Shown: piece by piece, positions 37,429 to 47,868 of the stretch
Layout of the letters: each line of letters opens with the position of its first letter
How positions within the stretch are numbered: the first letter of the stretch is position 1
Source of the DNA: a candidate division WWE3 bacterium CG08_land_8_20_14_0_20_40_13
GTDB taxonomy: Bacteria > Patescibacteriota > WWE3 > 0-14-0-20-40-13
Length of the DNA: 63,930 nt
Assembly: GCA_002774285.1 (NCBI GenBank)
Contig: PEYT01000023.1
Coordinates: forward strand, 1-63,930
Reading direction: 5' to 3'
Program-made: the position numbers and the translations under genes
The notes under the pieces: model-generated
Told to the model about the DNA's origin: nothing
Databases searched by the model: none
The model's input: the letters and a program-made list of their open reading frames with translations, nothing else

Positions 37429-38400
37429 TTAATCAAGAGATCTAAGAAGACCGTGCTGGGCGCCGTAGAAACTTATTACGGCCCCAGCATTTTTGTTTCC
37501 CCACATTAAAGATGTTGGGATATCTTTTTCTTTTATAATCCCAGCCAAAAAGCCACTGGCAAACGCGTCGCCGGCCCCTGTAGTGTCAACAACATTTTTT
37601 GTATTAATTGCTTGTGACTCGTAAAAATCTACTCCGTCAAAACACGACACACCACATTTATCACGGGTAACCACAATTTTTTCCGGTCCAAGCAAAGAAA
37701 ATTCGCGTAACATCTCTTTAACATCCCGATCGTTAAAATGACACGAACTCTTGTCTTCTCCAGGAAATTTACCTTTAAGAAGCGTGTACGATTCATAAAT
37801 ATTTAAAATCAGTATTTTGGAAACGGCGAGTATTGATTTTAATGATGACAAACCGAGTTTTAGTTGATGTTGACCCGGAACGAAAGCCAAACTAAGTTTT
37901 TCCTTTTTTACAAGTTTTATAACCTCTGTGGTCAACTTCTCGGTATTTGCGCCAAGGTCGGAAAGATATATCCAGTTAGTTTCCTTAATCCCCTCAAAGT
38001 TTTTTGTATGAGCTAAAAGATCGTCGTTCGGACCACGATACATTACAATTGATCGTTCACCAGAGTTTCCTACCATAATCGCGCTTGTGGATGTTTGTGC
38101 TTTATCATCAACTATAAGAAATTTTGATGAAACTTTTTCTTGTTTTAACCTTTGGGCAATTACTTGCCCGGAAATATCCATTCCTACCTTTCCCCAAAAT
38201 GCGGTTTTTAAACCAAGACGAGACAAAGCTACAGCGGAATTTGCCGCACCGCCGCCGACATCGGTAAATAAATCATCAACAATGAATTTTTCACCCCAAG
38301 CGAGGTGCAATATATCGCCGTATACAGAGTAATTTTTGGAGATAAAAAAGGTATCTTGCGTCGCTCCGCCGATTGTAATTACATCAAAATAATTGGGCAT
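37429..38400 (-). CDS. PfkB-family carbohydrate kinase
   Basis: GGAANSAVALSRLG near the N-terminus and the PfkB signature-2 DTTGAGDAFASGFL near the C-terminus. Confidence 0.8.
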   Translation of the reverse strand: MPNYFDVITIGGATQDTFFISKNYSVYGDILHLAWGEKFIVDDLFTDVGGGAANSAVALSRLGLKTAFWGKVGMDISGQVIAQRLKQEKVSSKFLIVDDKAQTSTSAIMVGNSGERSIVMYRGPNDDLLAHTKNFEGIKETNWIYLSDLGANTEKLTTEVIKLVKKEKLSLAFVPGQHQLKLGLSSLKSILAVSKILILNIYESYTLLKGKFPGEDKSSCHFNDRDVKEMLREFSLLGPEKIVVTRDKCGVSCFDGVDFYESQAINTKNVVDTTGAGDAFASGFLAGIIKEKDIPTSLMWGNKNAGAVISFYGAQHGLLRSLD

Positions 38401-38446
38401 GTATATCTAGTTTAAAATTAAAAGTTAAAAGTGTAAAGTAAGTATT

Positions 38447-39094
38447 ATGATAAGTTTGCTTGAGGCTTCAAATTTTTCGTTAGAACATCCGGGAGCTCTT
38501 GTTTTAGAACTGCCAAAAGAAGAAAAAGCCAACCTTTTTGTTTTTCGGCATGGACAAACTCATGATAACATTCGGAGAATATTTTGCGGTCGGAGGAATT
38601 CTGAGCTTACTTTGGAGGGAATTCGTCAGGCCGAAACACTAGGTCTAAAACTTTCTAGAAAGCGGATAGACGTTATTTTAACCCCGAATTTATCAAGATG
38701 TCTTAAAACCTCTCAAATAGCTCTAAGATCCCAAATAAATCCTAAATTTGAAATAATGGATTCTCTATTAGAAAGGGACTACGGAAAATTAACAGGAAAA
38801 AGTAAAACAAAGCTTGCTAAAAAGGATCCCGTCTTAACGGCAAAATATCGCAGAGGGTGGGACTTTCCGCCGCCAAATGGAGAAAGTTTAAAAATGGTTT
38901 GGGAAAATCGGATATTTCCCTTTTGTAAATATCTTGAGGGGAAGATTAAGCGCGATAAAGTTACTATCGCAGTTTGTTGTACCAATAACACAATGAGGCT
39001 TATTAGAATGTATTTTGAAAAACTGTCACAAGAGGAAATGCTAACCTTGGAAAATCCTTTGGCGAAAGACTACGCTTCCTACGCTATAGTTTGA
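38447..39094 (+). CDS. histidine phosphatase family protein (phosphoglycerate-mutase-like)
   Basis: FVFRHGQTHDN contains the RHG catalytic motif. Adjacent and convergent to enolase. Confidence 0.75.
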   Translation: MISLLEASNFSLEHPGALVLELPKEEKANLFVFRHGQTHDNIRRIFCGRRNSELTLEGIRQAETLGLKLSRKRIDVILTPNLSRCLKTSQIALRSQINPKFEIMDSLLERDYGKLTGKSKTKLAKKDPVLTAKYRRGWDFPPPNGESLKMVWENRIFPFCKYLEGKIKRDKVTIAVCCTNNTMRLIRMYFEKLSQEEMLTLENPLAKDYASYAIV

Positions 39095-40206
39095 AAAAGT
39101 TCTCCTTGAATAGTTATAAGTCTATTGTATTTTGCCACCCTTTCTCCGCGTGAGGGAGCTCCAAATTTAACATAGTTTGCCTCCGCGCCAACCGCTAGAT
39201 CTGCAATAAAATCATCATTGGTTTCCCCTGATCGGTGACTAACAATTACCGCAAGCCCAGCAGATTTTGCCAAGTTTATCGCGGTTAGAGTTTCGGAAAC
39301 GGTTCCTATTTGGTTAGGTTTAATAATTACGCCCGAAATGCAATTTTCATCTATAGCTCTTTGGATACGGGTAGGATTTGTTGTTGTAAGGTCGTCTCCG
39401 ACAACCATCACTTTAGATTGGTATAATTTGTTAATACTTGTCCAATCTGACCAAGCCTCTTCCCCATAAGGATCTTCAACTGAAAATAGTTTGTGGTCGT
39501 TAAACAACTTTGCAAAATCAATCCCCCGGCCAGTCCTTGAGGATTGGGCGATGTCAAGGGAGATAGGGGTAATAGGGGAAATACGGGACATAATTTTTAA
39601 GGCCTTGACATTGGTTAATTCCCGCGGGCTAAAGGCGCCTTCAAGACCAACCTGTGTTGATAAGTGCTCGTCTTCCAAATGATTCTTAATCTTTTGGTAT
39701 AGTAGTACTCCCTCGTCAACGCTTTCGGTAACATACATCAGTTCCTGAAAATCTATACTACCAGAACCGTGTTTTCCGCCCTCAAACATTAGCATCATTA
39801 GTTTTGGTAAAGCCAGCGCCCCCGAGAAATAACCGATTTCGTTAATGTGTTTATATAAAGGAATATTCTTGCTTTTAGCTTGCGCCCTGCAAAAAGCAAC
39901 ACTTAAGGCAAGAATAGAGTTTGCTCCCAATTTGGCCTTATTTGAGGTGCCGTCTTGTGCAATAAGTTCGTTATCAAAATCTAACTGAGAGTCAAATTCT
40001 TTTCCGGCGATATCAAGAAAAATTTCTTCGGTTGCGGAGACTGCTTCGTAGGCTTGTAGCGCGAGCGCTTCCGATTTTCCAGTGGAAGTTCCAGAAGGAA
40101 CGCTTGCAAAAGCTACAATGCCTTCGGATGTGGTTATGGTTGTTTCCAGAGTCCAAAACCCACGGGAATCCAATATTTTGCGTGGCTTAATGTTTGAAAT
40201 TCTCAT
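39079..40206 (-). CDS. eno: enolase (short form, 375 aa)
   Basis: ILDSRGFWTLE, SVPSGTSTGKSEA, SVEDPYGE, VGDDLTTTN, IIKPNQIGT and SHRSGET. Confidence 0.85.
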   Translation of the reverse strand: MRISNIKPRKILDSRGFWTLETTITTSEGIVAFASVPSGTSTGKSEALALQAYEAVSATEEIFLDIAGKEFDSQLDFDNELIAQDGTSNKAKLGANSILALSVAFCRAQAKSKNIPLYKHINEIGYFSGALALPKLMMLMFEGGKHGSGSIDFQELMYVTESVDEGVLLYQKIKNHLEDEHLSTQVGLEGAFSPRELTNVKALKIMSRISPITPISLDIAQSSRTGRGIDFAKLFNDHKLFSVEDPYGEEAWSDWTSINKLYQSKVMVVGDDLTTTNPTRIQRAIDENCISGVIIKPNQIGTVSETLTAINLAKSAGLAVIVSHRSGETNDDFIADLAVGAEANYVKFGAPSRGERVAKYNRLITIQGELFQTIA

Positions 40207-40222
40207 CTTATTTTGGTTTTCT

Positions 40223-42511
40223 CTAACTATGAGAAACCAATTCTTCCTCCGCCTTGTAAATAATCCCTCGCGTACGGTCTAAGGCATCCGGGCTTACCGA
40301 AACAGAAGTAACTCCAAGTTCTACCAACCGTTTTACCATTTTCGGATAATCCGAAGGTGCCTGACCACAGATAGAGGAAGTTATTTTGTGTTTTTGGCAA
40401 ATAGAAACAACTCTTTCAATAGCCCACATAACTGCTTCGTTTCTCTCGTCATACAGGTGGGAGACTCTTTCATTGTCGCGGTCCAATCCAAGAATAAGTT
40501 GGGTAAGGTCATTAGATCCTATGGAAACGCCGTCAATTCCTGCTTCAATAAACTTGTCAAGTATTATGGCAGTTGAGGGGACTTCTACCATAATCCATAA
40601 GTGAAAATTGGGACCACGCCTAAGATCGCTATCGGAAATAATTCTTTTACAATCCACAAGTTCTTCGACGGTTCGAACAAAGGGGAGCATTAGATGCAAA
40701 TTTTTAAATCCCTTTTTATTTCTAACAATTTTTAAGGCTTCAAGTTCCATAGCAAAAACATCTTTTTGCTCTACATAGCGAGACACTCCGCGAAAACCAA
40801 TCATAGGGTTGGCTTCCAAACTTTCAAAGTCGATACCACCACGCAAGTTTCTAAACTCGTTGGTTCTAAAATCGGAGGCGCGGTAAATTACAGGTCTTGG
40901 ATAAAACGCCCCAGCGATCTCTTCCATCCCCCCAGCCATTTTTTGGATAAACTCTAGCTGTTTTTTTTCCTTAACAAATACTTTGGGATGAGTTCCAATT
41001 TGCGCCATTAAAAACTCTGCCCGGAATAATCCCACACCGTCAACATTTTTTGCGGCAATGTCCTGTGCAAGATTAGGTTCACCTAAATTTACATATAATT
41101 TAGTCGCAGTTTTAACATCTTTGTATTTAACAAACTCGTTAATTCTTTCAAGTTTTTGACCTTCCAAAGAACCCTCATATATTAGTCCCAAGGTTCCATC
41201 AACGCTAATTATTTCTCCGTTCTTTAAAATTTTTGTGGCAAGACTTGTTCCGACAACGCAAGGAATTCCAAGTTCTCGGGAAACGATGGCGGCATGGGAG
41301 GTGCGTCCCCCCTGATCGGTAACAATGGCGCAGGCCTTTTTCATGGCGGGAACAAAATCAGGATTGGTCATCTGGGCAACCAACACCTCGCCAACTCTGA
41401 TTTTTCCAATCTCTTTTACCGATTTTAATATGCGGACTTTTCCCGAGGCAGCCCCGGGAGATGCCCCCAAGCCTTCCAAAAGTGCGGGAGACGATCCTTG
41501 TTTAATGGAAAACTCCTCTTCGTTGCTACTTGTTAAAGTTGTTATAGGTCGGCTTTGGACTATGTATAAACGATCTGCTTCCATACCCCATTCCATATCT
41601 TGTGGAAATTTGTAATGGTCTTCTATCATTTGACCTATTTTGGCTAGTTTAATGATGAGATCGTCAGGAAGTTTTTGCTTTTGAGCGTTTATTTTAAGAA
41701 CTGGAACTTTGCCGCGCCTTGTTAGTTTCCAAGTTTGCTTTGAAAGATTTTTTTCTACGATCTTAAAATCAAATTTGGAGATTAAATACTGATCCGGGGT
41801 AACTTCGCCGGAAACTATAGTTTGTCCCAGCCCGTATCCGGCTTCGATTGAGATTTGTGATTTATTGTTTGTAATGGGATTTACCGAAAACATAATACCC
41901 GAAACTTCGCTTTCCACCATAGCTTGAATTGGAACGGCGATTCCTACTTTAAAATGGTCGTAACCTTTTTCTTGACGGTAAAAAATGGCGCGGGCGGAAA
42001 ATAATGAGGCCCAACAGTGCTGGACTTTTGTAACAACATCCCGCCATCCTAAGACATTTAAATAAGACTCCTGTTGACCGGCAAAAGAAGCATCAGGAAG
42101 GTCTTCGGCGGTCGCGGATGATCTAACTGCTACAAACCGGTCTTTATTTCCTGAAAGCTTTATATAAAAATCTTTTATTTGGTTTTCGATATCCACGGGC
42201 ATTTTTGCGGCCAACATCGCTGTTCTTATATTAGTTGCCGCGCGTTCCAAATTTAAGGAGTTTGAAATATCAAGGGCCCTCGTCTCCGTTTTTATTTTCT
42301 CGCGAAGCGATGTCTTGTCTATAAAATCAAAATACGCTTTAGAAGAAATTACAAATCCGGGGGGTACTGGAAACCCTGCGTTATACATTTCGCCAAGATT
42401 GGCGCCCTTGCCGCCGGCAACGGGAATATCTTTTTTACCAATTTCCGAAAAATTAAGGCAGTATTTAGTTCGGTTAAACATAAGGGCAGGTTTTAAATTA
42501 TCAATTAACAA
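40223..42511 (-). CDS. ppsA: phosphoenolpyruvate synthase (pyruvate, water dikinase)
   Basis: ATP-grasp N-terminus (GGKGANLGEM), phosphohistidine swivel GGRTSHAAIVSRELGIPCVVG and a PEP/pyruvate TIM-barrel C-terminus. Confidence 0.85.
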   Translation of the reverse strand: MLIDNLKPALMFNRTKYCLNFSEIGKKDIPVAGGKGANLGEMYNAGFPVPPGFVISSKAYFDFIDKTSLREKIKTETRALDISNSLNLERAATNIRTAMLAAKMPVDIENQIKDFYIKLSGNKDRFVAVRSSATAEDLPDASFAGQQESYLNVLGWRDVVTKVQHCWASLFSARAIFYRQEKGYDHFKVGIAVPIQAMVESEVSGIMFSVNPITNNKSQISIEAGYGLGQTIVSGEVTPDQYLISKFDFKIVEKNLSKQTWKLTRRGKVPVLKINAQKQKLPDDLIIKLAKIGQMIEDHYKFPQDMEWGMEADRLYIVQSRPITTLTSSNEEEFSIKQGSSPALLEGLGASPGAASGKVRILKSVKEIGKIRVGEVLVAQMTNPDFVPAMKKACAIVTDQGGRTSHAAIVSRELGIPCVVGTSLATKILKNGEIISVDGTLGLIYEGSLEGQKLERINEFVKYKDVKTATKLYVNLGEPNLAQDIAAKNVDGVGLFRAEFLMAQIGTHPKVFVKEKKQLEFIQKMAGGMEEIAGAFYPRPVIYRASDFRTNEFRNLRGGIDFESLEANPMIGFRGVSRYVEQKDVFAMELEALKIVRNKKGFKNLHLMLPFVRTVEELVDCKRIISDSDLRRGPNFHLWIMVEVPSTAIILDKFIEAGIDGVSIGSNDLTQLILGLDRDNERVSHLYDERNEAVMWAIERVVSICQKHKITSSICGQAPSDYPKMVKRLVELGVTSVSVSPDALDRTRGIIYKAEEELVSHS

Positions 42512-42514
42512 TTA

Positions 42515-43873
42515 TCAATTTGATATGACCAAATCTAATACCTCTTTTACTATTTTATCAACGATATCTTTTGTTTTTCCTTCCACATTAAGTCGGACGA
42601 GAGGTTCGGTATTGGATTTGCGGAGATTAAATCTCCATTCTCTGTTGTTTACTACGGTAATCCCATCAAGTTCATCAATCAGAAAACCTAGTTTTAGAAA
42701 ATGAGTTTTAATTATTTCCAATGTGGAATCGGCATTATCCACTTTATTATTTATTTCGCCCGAGGTTGGATAGCTCGCTCTTATATGATTTAAGATTTCG
42801 GATACTTTAATATCGCGCGTGCCGATGTACTCTAGAATCAATAAGGCGCTTATTATTCCGTTATCTGCGTAGAAATTATCCCGGTAAAAAAAATGACCGC
42901 TCGTCTCCCCCCCAAAAACTGCGTCATTTTTTCTCATGACTTCTTTAATAAATGAATGACCAGTCTTGCTAATAACCGCCGTTCCGTAAAGTTTTCTTAT
43001 TGTGTCAACGATTGCCCATATTTGCCTTGGTTCGTGTACGATTTTTGATCTAGGGTACTTTAAGAGCATAATTTCAATTAAAATGGGCATTAAATAGTAA
43101 CCGTTTGTTGAATTTCCCTTGTCATCAACAATCATCATTCGATCCCCGTCACCATCAAAGGCTATTCCAAGATCGCAATTGTTTTGCAGAACCGCCTCTT
43201 TTAAGGACTTAAGGTTTTCCTCCTTAAGAGGGTCGGGAATATGGTTTGGAAAATTACCATCCTTATTAAAAAATAATTTAATAACATTAAGATTAAGAGA
43301 GGTGAAAACTCGTTCAGCGAGGGCTCCAGATACCCCATTTCCACAGTCGACCGCTATTTTTAACGGCTTAATTTTAGCAGCGTCTACAAAAGATAGAACA
43401 AAATTGGCGTATTCTTCTAGTATATCAAGCTCTTTATAAGTTCCTTTTGTCTCTTTTCTTTCAATATCTAATGACATTGCTGAATCTTTTATTTGAGGCA
43501 TTTCTCCATCGCCCGACACAGGATTAACTCCTTTTTTTGTAATCTTAAATCCGGTGTATTCTTTAGGATTATGAGATCCTGTAATTGCTATACCCAAGTC
43601 ATAATCATATTTACCAACGGCAAAATAAATGGAATCCGTAGTCATTTCTCCTATGAAATCAACATCGCATCCGGAATCTAATAGACCCTCGATAAAGTTT
43701 TTGTAGACGGCATCGGATCCAAGTCGAACATCCTTGGATACAACTGCTCGTCTTGGTTTTAAAACATAACAAACAGCTTTTGCGATTGTATAGGAATTAG
43801 ATTCATTTATTTGGCTTGGATACAGACCTCTAATATCTAATGCCTTAAAGATTGCAGGATCTATGTTGGTCAT
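42515..43873 (-). CDS. phosphomannomutase/phosphoglucomutase
   Basis: Active-site ITGSHNPKEYTG and metal site FDGDGDRMM. Confidence 0.9.
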   Translation of the reverse strand: MTNIDPAIFKALDIRGLYPSQINESNSYTIAKAVCYVLKPRRAVVSKDVRLGSDAVYKNFIEGLLDSGCDVDFIGEMTTDSIYFAVGKYDYDLGIAITGSHNPKEYTGFKITKKGVNPVSGDGEMPQIKDSAMSLDIERKETKGTYKELDILEEYANFVLSFVDAAKIKPLKIAVDCGNGVSGALAERVFTSLNLNVIKLFFNKDGNFPNHIPDPLKEENLKSLKEAVLQNNCDLGIAFDGDGDRMMIVDDKGNSTNGYYLMPILIEIMLLKYPRSKIVHEPRQIWAIVDTIRKLYGTAVISKTGHSFIKEVMRKNDAVFGGETSGHFFYRDNFYADNGIISALLILEYIGTRDIKVSEILNHIRASYPTSGEINNKVDNADSTLEIIKTHFLKLGFLIDELDGITVVNNREWRFNLRKSNTEPLVRLNVEGKTKDIVDKIVKEVLDLVISN

Positions 43874-43874
43874 A

Positions 43875-45194
43875 TTAATTAGCGGGCAGGGTAAATGAAA
43901 AGGTGGAGCCTTTACCTAGAACGCTTGTAACTTTAATTTTACCTCCATGTGTTTCTATTATACCCTTTGCGATCACAAGTCCCAAGCCCGTACCATTACT
44001 GTAACTTCCGTTAGGTTTTTGCAACTGTTTAAATCTATTAAATAGTTTTGGTAGATCATCTTTGGAAATACCAGATCCTGTGTCGGTAAGGTTAAAAACC
44101 GCCAGACCTTCCTTTTTGCATAATTCTAAAGTAACGGATCCTTTAGGCGTAAATTTAATAGCGTTGGAAAAAAGATTGGATAACACTCGCACAATCATAT
44201 TTTTGTCAACTTCTGCAAAAACGGGTGTTTTAGGAATTCTTAACTTAAGGACAAGCTTTTTTCCTGTGGCCAAATTATCATGCATTTTAACTGCTTCTTC
44301 GGCCAAGATCCTTAGATCGGTTTTTGTCTTATCCAGTTGAAATTCCCCTGACTCAATCTTGGCAACATCCATAAGGTCGTTAACTATGGAAAGCATAGAA
44401 CTTACAGCGCGTTTTATTTCCCAAATCATTTCTTTGTATTTCTCGTCGGTTAACTCTTTTTTTCGATCCTTAATAATATCAGCTACGCCATTTATTACGG
44501 TTAACGGGGCGCGGAGGTCATGAATCATCATATAAGTAAATTCCTTGGGATTTCTCGTCGTTTCATTAATCGTTGTAATTTTTGAAAATGCCAAAGACGC
44601 TTTATTTACAATATCGGCAATTTCGTCCACCTCTTTTCTACCTTTATAAAGGTTAGCGGTTGTGGACGAGAAGTTTATTATCGCCACAAGTGTTTCATCT
44701 TTATAAAAAGGAAGATTTAAAAAGGATACCGGAATAGCGCATTCTGTATCGCTTATCGGCAGATTTAAAAGTTCTGTCTTTATATCCAGAGACTTTTCTT
44801 TAAGAGGAGTTTTTGTGAGTTTTGCAAATTCAGATACAATATTTTTTTTAACTTCTAAAAAATAATTTACCGAAACAGGTTTACGCGAGACAACTTTAAG
44901 TGTTTTATTCTCGGCCTCAAAAATTACATACGAGATAAGATCATAATCTATCAATTTTTGTATCGAAACTATTACACTATCTATTATCTTGTCAATGCTA
45001 ATAGAAAGTCCTGTATAGCTATAGATTTGGGAAAGCATAGAACACTCCGAGGTTTTTTTATTTAGCAAAAGCTTTGATGTTAACAAGTTGGATTTTAATG
45101 ATGATAATTTACTGCGGTTCCTAAAAAAAGTTACCACAAAAACAGGCAGTACCAAAAAAATAAAATAAAAAGAAAAAGCGGAGGAGGCAGTCAT
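43875..45194 (-). CDS. sensor histidine kinase
   Basis: N-terminal TM, H-box HDLRAPLTVI, N-box NLFSNAIKFT, G1 DTGSGI and G2 GTGLGLVIAK. Confidence 0.85.
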   Translation of the reverse strand: MTASSAFSFYFIFLVLPVFVVTFFRNRSKLSSLKSNLLTSKLLLNKKTSECSMLSQIYSYTGLSISIDKIIDSVIVSIQKLIDYDLISYVIFEAENKTLKVVSRKPVSVNYFLEVKKNIVSEFAKLTKTPLKEKSLDIKTELLNLPISDTECAIPVSFLNLPFYKDETLVAIINFSSTTANLYKGRKEVDEIADIVNKASLAFSKITTINETTRNPKEFTYMMIHDLRAPLTVINGVADIIKDRKKELTDEKYKEMIWEIKRAVSSMLSIVNDLMDVAKIESGEFQLDKTKTDLRILAEEAVKMHDNLATGKKLVLKLRIPKTPVFAEVDKNMIVRVLSNLFSNAIKFTPKGSVTLELCKKEGLAVFNLTDTGSGISKDDLPKLFNRFKQLQKPNGSYSNGTGLGLVIAKGIIETHGGKIKVTSVLGKGSTFSFTLPAN

Positions 45195-45205
45195 ATTAAT
45201 CTCCG

Positions 45206-45574
45206 TTAAACCTTTAAAATATCTCGGATCTTTTGCACAATTTCAGCCGGAACTATTTTGTATTTTAATAGAAAATCCTCAGCGCCATTTTCCAAAGCCT
45301 CTCTGACATTTGCGTCGCTACCAAAATTAGTCAACATTATAACCGGGACCTTTTTTGTTAAAGGGTCGCTTTTTAATTCTTTAAGAATGTGAAGACCGTC
45401 TTTGTCGGGCAAAATAATATCCAGCAAAATAATGTTGGGATTTTCGGTTTTCGCTTTGTCAACGACGCCATTTCCCTTGTTATGCCAAACTACTTTAAAT
45501 CCCGAAAGCCCCATCTCGGTAGAGTACATTCTATACAAGGATTCATCATCTTCGATGATCAAGACTTTTACCAT
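45206..45574 (-). CDS. single-domain response regulator (receiver only)
   Basis: VLIIEDD...LLDIILPDKDG...MLTNF...K. AAGGAGGTG RBS lies 5 nt upstream of ATG 45574. Confidence 0.85.
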   Translation of the reverse strand: MVKVLIIEDDESLYRMYSTEMGLSGFKVVWHNKGNGVVDKAKTENPNIILLDIILPDKDGLHILKELKSDPLTKKVPVIMLTNFGSDANVREALENGAEDFLLKYKIVPAEIVQKIRDILKV

Positions 45575-45663
45575 AAAAATCACCTCCTTAATTATTGTTG
45601 CATCAAGATCATTATTTTGCAAGAATCTTTCACGAGTCGGTATTAAAGTGCTATACTAAAAAA

Positions 45664-46749
45664 ATGATAAAGGCCATAGTGATATTTCTTGCCAATGTTA
45701 CCGCCACCGCCATGCTATATCCTGCTTTTATCAACTTTCTCTACAGATTTTCCCTTCGCGAAAAAATTAGAAACGATGGACCAAAAACACATCTGGTAAA
45801 ACAGGGAACTCCTACAATGGGAGGCCTGGCCTTTATTTTGTCTGTTGGAATTCTTACAATATTTTTTAACAAATCGGCTTATTATGGATATTTCCTTGCA
45901 GGAATTACCTTTTTAGCTGGGATATTAGGACTAATGGAGGATTTATTTAAGATTTATTCCCACTCCCATTTTCAGGATGCTTTTAGATCCTCGCTTAATC
46001 CAATTGTAACAATGTCCTCTCTTACTTCTAAAGCCTATAACAAACTTCTTTTGCCTTGGGATCTTTTTAAGGAGTTTTGGAGGACCGTTGGAAGCACTAC
46101 CGATGTTGGTTTGCAAACCTATCAAAAATTTATACTGCAATCGGTCATTGCCGTAGTGTGTTCTTATTTTCTTTTTGTTGTTTTTGGTTATAACACGTTA
46201 TGGATGCCGCTTTTTGGACATTTTCATTTAGGAATATTTTATCCTGTATTTGTGTATCTTGTGTTTATTGTTGTATTAAATTCCGTAGCCTTTACTGATG
46301 GTCTGGATGGACTAGCGGGCGGATTAGCTTTTATCGCGTTTATCTTTTTCTGGGTTATTGCGGAAATGCTAAATATTTATCCGGTTTCATTGTATTTAGC
46401 CGCTTTTTTAGGAGCCCTCTTACCTTTTCTATATTTTAATGTATTTCCAGCTAGAATTTTTATGGGAAATGTTGGTTCTTTTGCCCTTGGCGCCGCTATT
46501 GCTGTAGTGGCACTGCTTTTGCATCGGGAGGTTGCGATAATTTTTATCGCCTTTCCATTTTTGATTGACGGTATGTCCAGCGTTTTTCAACAGCTTTCGG
46601 TCAGACTTACCGGGAAACGAATATTTTTAATGGCCCCACTACATCATCATTTTGAATTAATGGGTTGGGTAGAAACAAAAGTTGTCTTTAGGTTTTATCT
46701 TTTAGCGATCTTTTCCGGTTTCGTGGGACTCTTAATTTCCTTAATTTAA
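45664..46749 (+). CDS. mraY: phospho-N-acetylmuramoyl-pentapeptide transferase
   Basis: DGPKTHLVKQGTPTMGG, NSVAFTDGLDGLAGG and MAPLHHHFEL. ATG 45664 preferred. Confidence 0.9.
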   Translation: MIKAIVIFLANVTATAMLYPAFINFLYRFSLREKIRNDGPKTHLVKQGTPTMGGLAFILSVGILTIFFNKSAYYGYFLAGITFLAGILGLMEDLFKIYSHSHFQDAFRSSLNPIVTMSSLTSKAYNKLLLPWDLFKEFWRTVGSTTDVGLQTYQKFILQSVIAVVCSYFLFVVFGYNTLWMPLFGHFHLGIFYPVFVYLVFIVVLNSVAFTDGLDGLAGGLAFIAFIFFWVIAEMLNIYPVSLYLAAFLGALLPFLYFNVFPARIFMGNVGSFALGAAIAVVALLLHREVAIIFIAFPFLIDGMSSVFQQLSVRLTGKRIFLMAPLHHHFELMGWVETKVVFRFYLLAIFSGFVGLLISLI

Positions 46750-46754
46750 ACTTC

Positions 46755-47855
46755 ATGAAGATCCTGCATAAATCCCCAGACTACCCGTTTCTGTTAGCTT
46801 TCTTGCTTCTTATTATTTTTGGAGTATTAATGGTCTACGATGCGTCGGTAGTGTACTCTTTAGATGTTTTTGGGGAAAGATATCATTTTCTGCTTCAGCA
46901 GTCTATGTGGGCCGGTTTGGCCATATCTCTGTTCTTATTTTCATTTCTTACTCCGTATAAATTTTTACAAAAAATATCTCCCATTCTATATTATATTGGA
47001 GTACTCCTTTTAATTTTTGTTTTAATCCCCACGCCACTTTCCCCAAAAATTTATGGGGCTCATCGTTGGATTATCTTCCCCTTATTTGGAGGTTTAAGTT
47101 TACAACCTTCGGATGTTATGAAATTTGGTTATGTTTTGTATCTATCTATCCTTCTTTCAAAAAGCTATACAACAAGCTTTACACTTATTAAAAAATTTTT
47201 TTTAGCAACCATAATCCCGGCGTCATTAATTATTATGCAACCGGATTTTGGATCGGCATTAATTCTTTGCGCTTCGGGAATAGCCATGCTTTTTATTACT
47301 GGGTTGCCGTTAAAATACTTTTTGATATCACTTCCCATGGGAATTTTATCGGCGATTGTGGCAATTTTAGGTTCAAATTACCGAAGGGATAGGCTTATGT
47401 CATTTATAAATCATTCATTAAACTCTACGGATCCTGCCGGGTATCATATAAATCAAGTGCTAATAGCTATCGGCTCCGGGGGAGTTTTTGGACTTGGTTG
47501 GGGACAATCCCGTCAAAAATATGGTTATCTTCCGGAAGTTTCAGCCGATTCAATTTTTGCGGTAGTTGGTGAAGAATTAGGCTTTTTGGGATGTACGATT
47601 CTAGTTTTATTATTATTTTTTATTATTTGGCGCGGAATTTTGATCGCGGAAAAATGTAAACTCCCGGCCAAAAAGATCGCTGTTATCGGAATAATTTCCC
47701 TATTTGCTTTTCAAACGCTTCTTAATATACTTTCCCAAGTTAAACTAATTCCCCTTACCGGAGTTCCACTGCCGCTTATATCTTATGGCGGTTCGTCGCT
47801 CCTTTTTACTTGCGCGGGGTTTGGGGTATTGCTTTCAGCGTCCCGCGAGTGCTAG
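46755..47855 (+). CDS. ftsW: SEDS-family lipid II polymerase/division protein FtsW
   Basis: QPSDVMKF, MQPDFGSA, LPEVSADSIFAVVGEELGF and PLISYGGSS. Lies between mraY and ftsA. Confidence 0.85.
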   Translation: MKILHKSPDYPFLLAFLLLIIFGVLMVYDASVVYSLDVFGERYHFLLQQSMWAGLAISLFLFSFLTPYKFLQKISPILYYIGVLLLIFVLIPTPLSPKIYGAHRWIIFPLFGGLSLQPSDVMKFGYVLYLSILLSKSYTTSFTLIKKFFLATIIPASLIIMQPDFGSALILCASGIAMLFITGLPLKYFLISLPMGILSAIVAILGSNYRRDRLMSFINHSLNSTDPAGYHINQVLIAIGSGGVFGLGWGQSRQKYGYLPEVSADSIFAVVGEELGFLGCTILVLLLFFIIWRGILIAEKCKLPAKKIAVIGIISLFAFQTLLNILSQVKLIPLTGVPLPLISYGGSSLLFTCAGFGVLLSASREC

Positions 47856-47868
47856 ACTAATTTAAACC

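Noticed and set aside
42315-42704. 129-aa plus-strand ORF spanning the ppsA/PMM junction
   Set aside because: It is antisense to two well-supported minus-strand genes and has no motifs.
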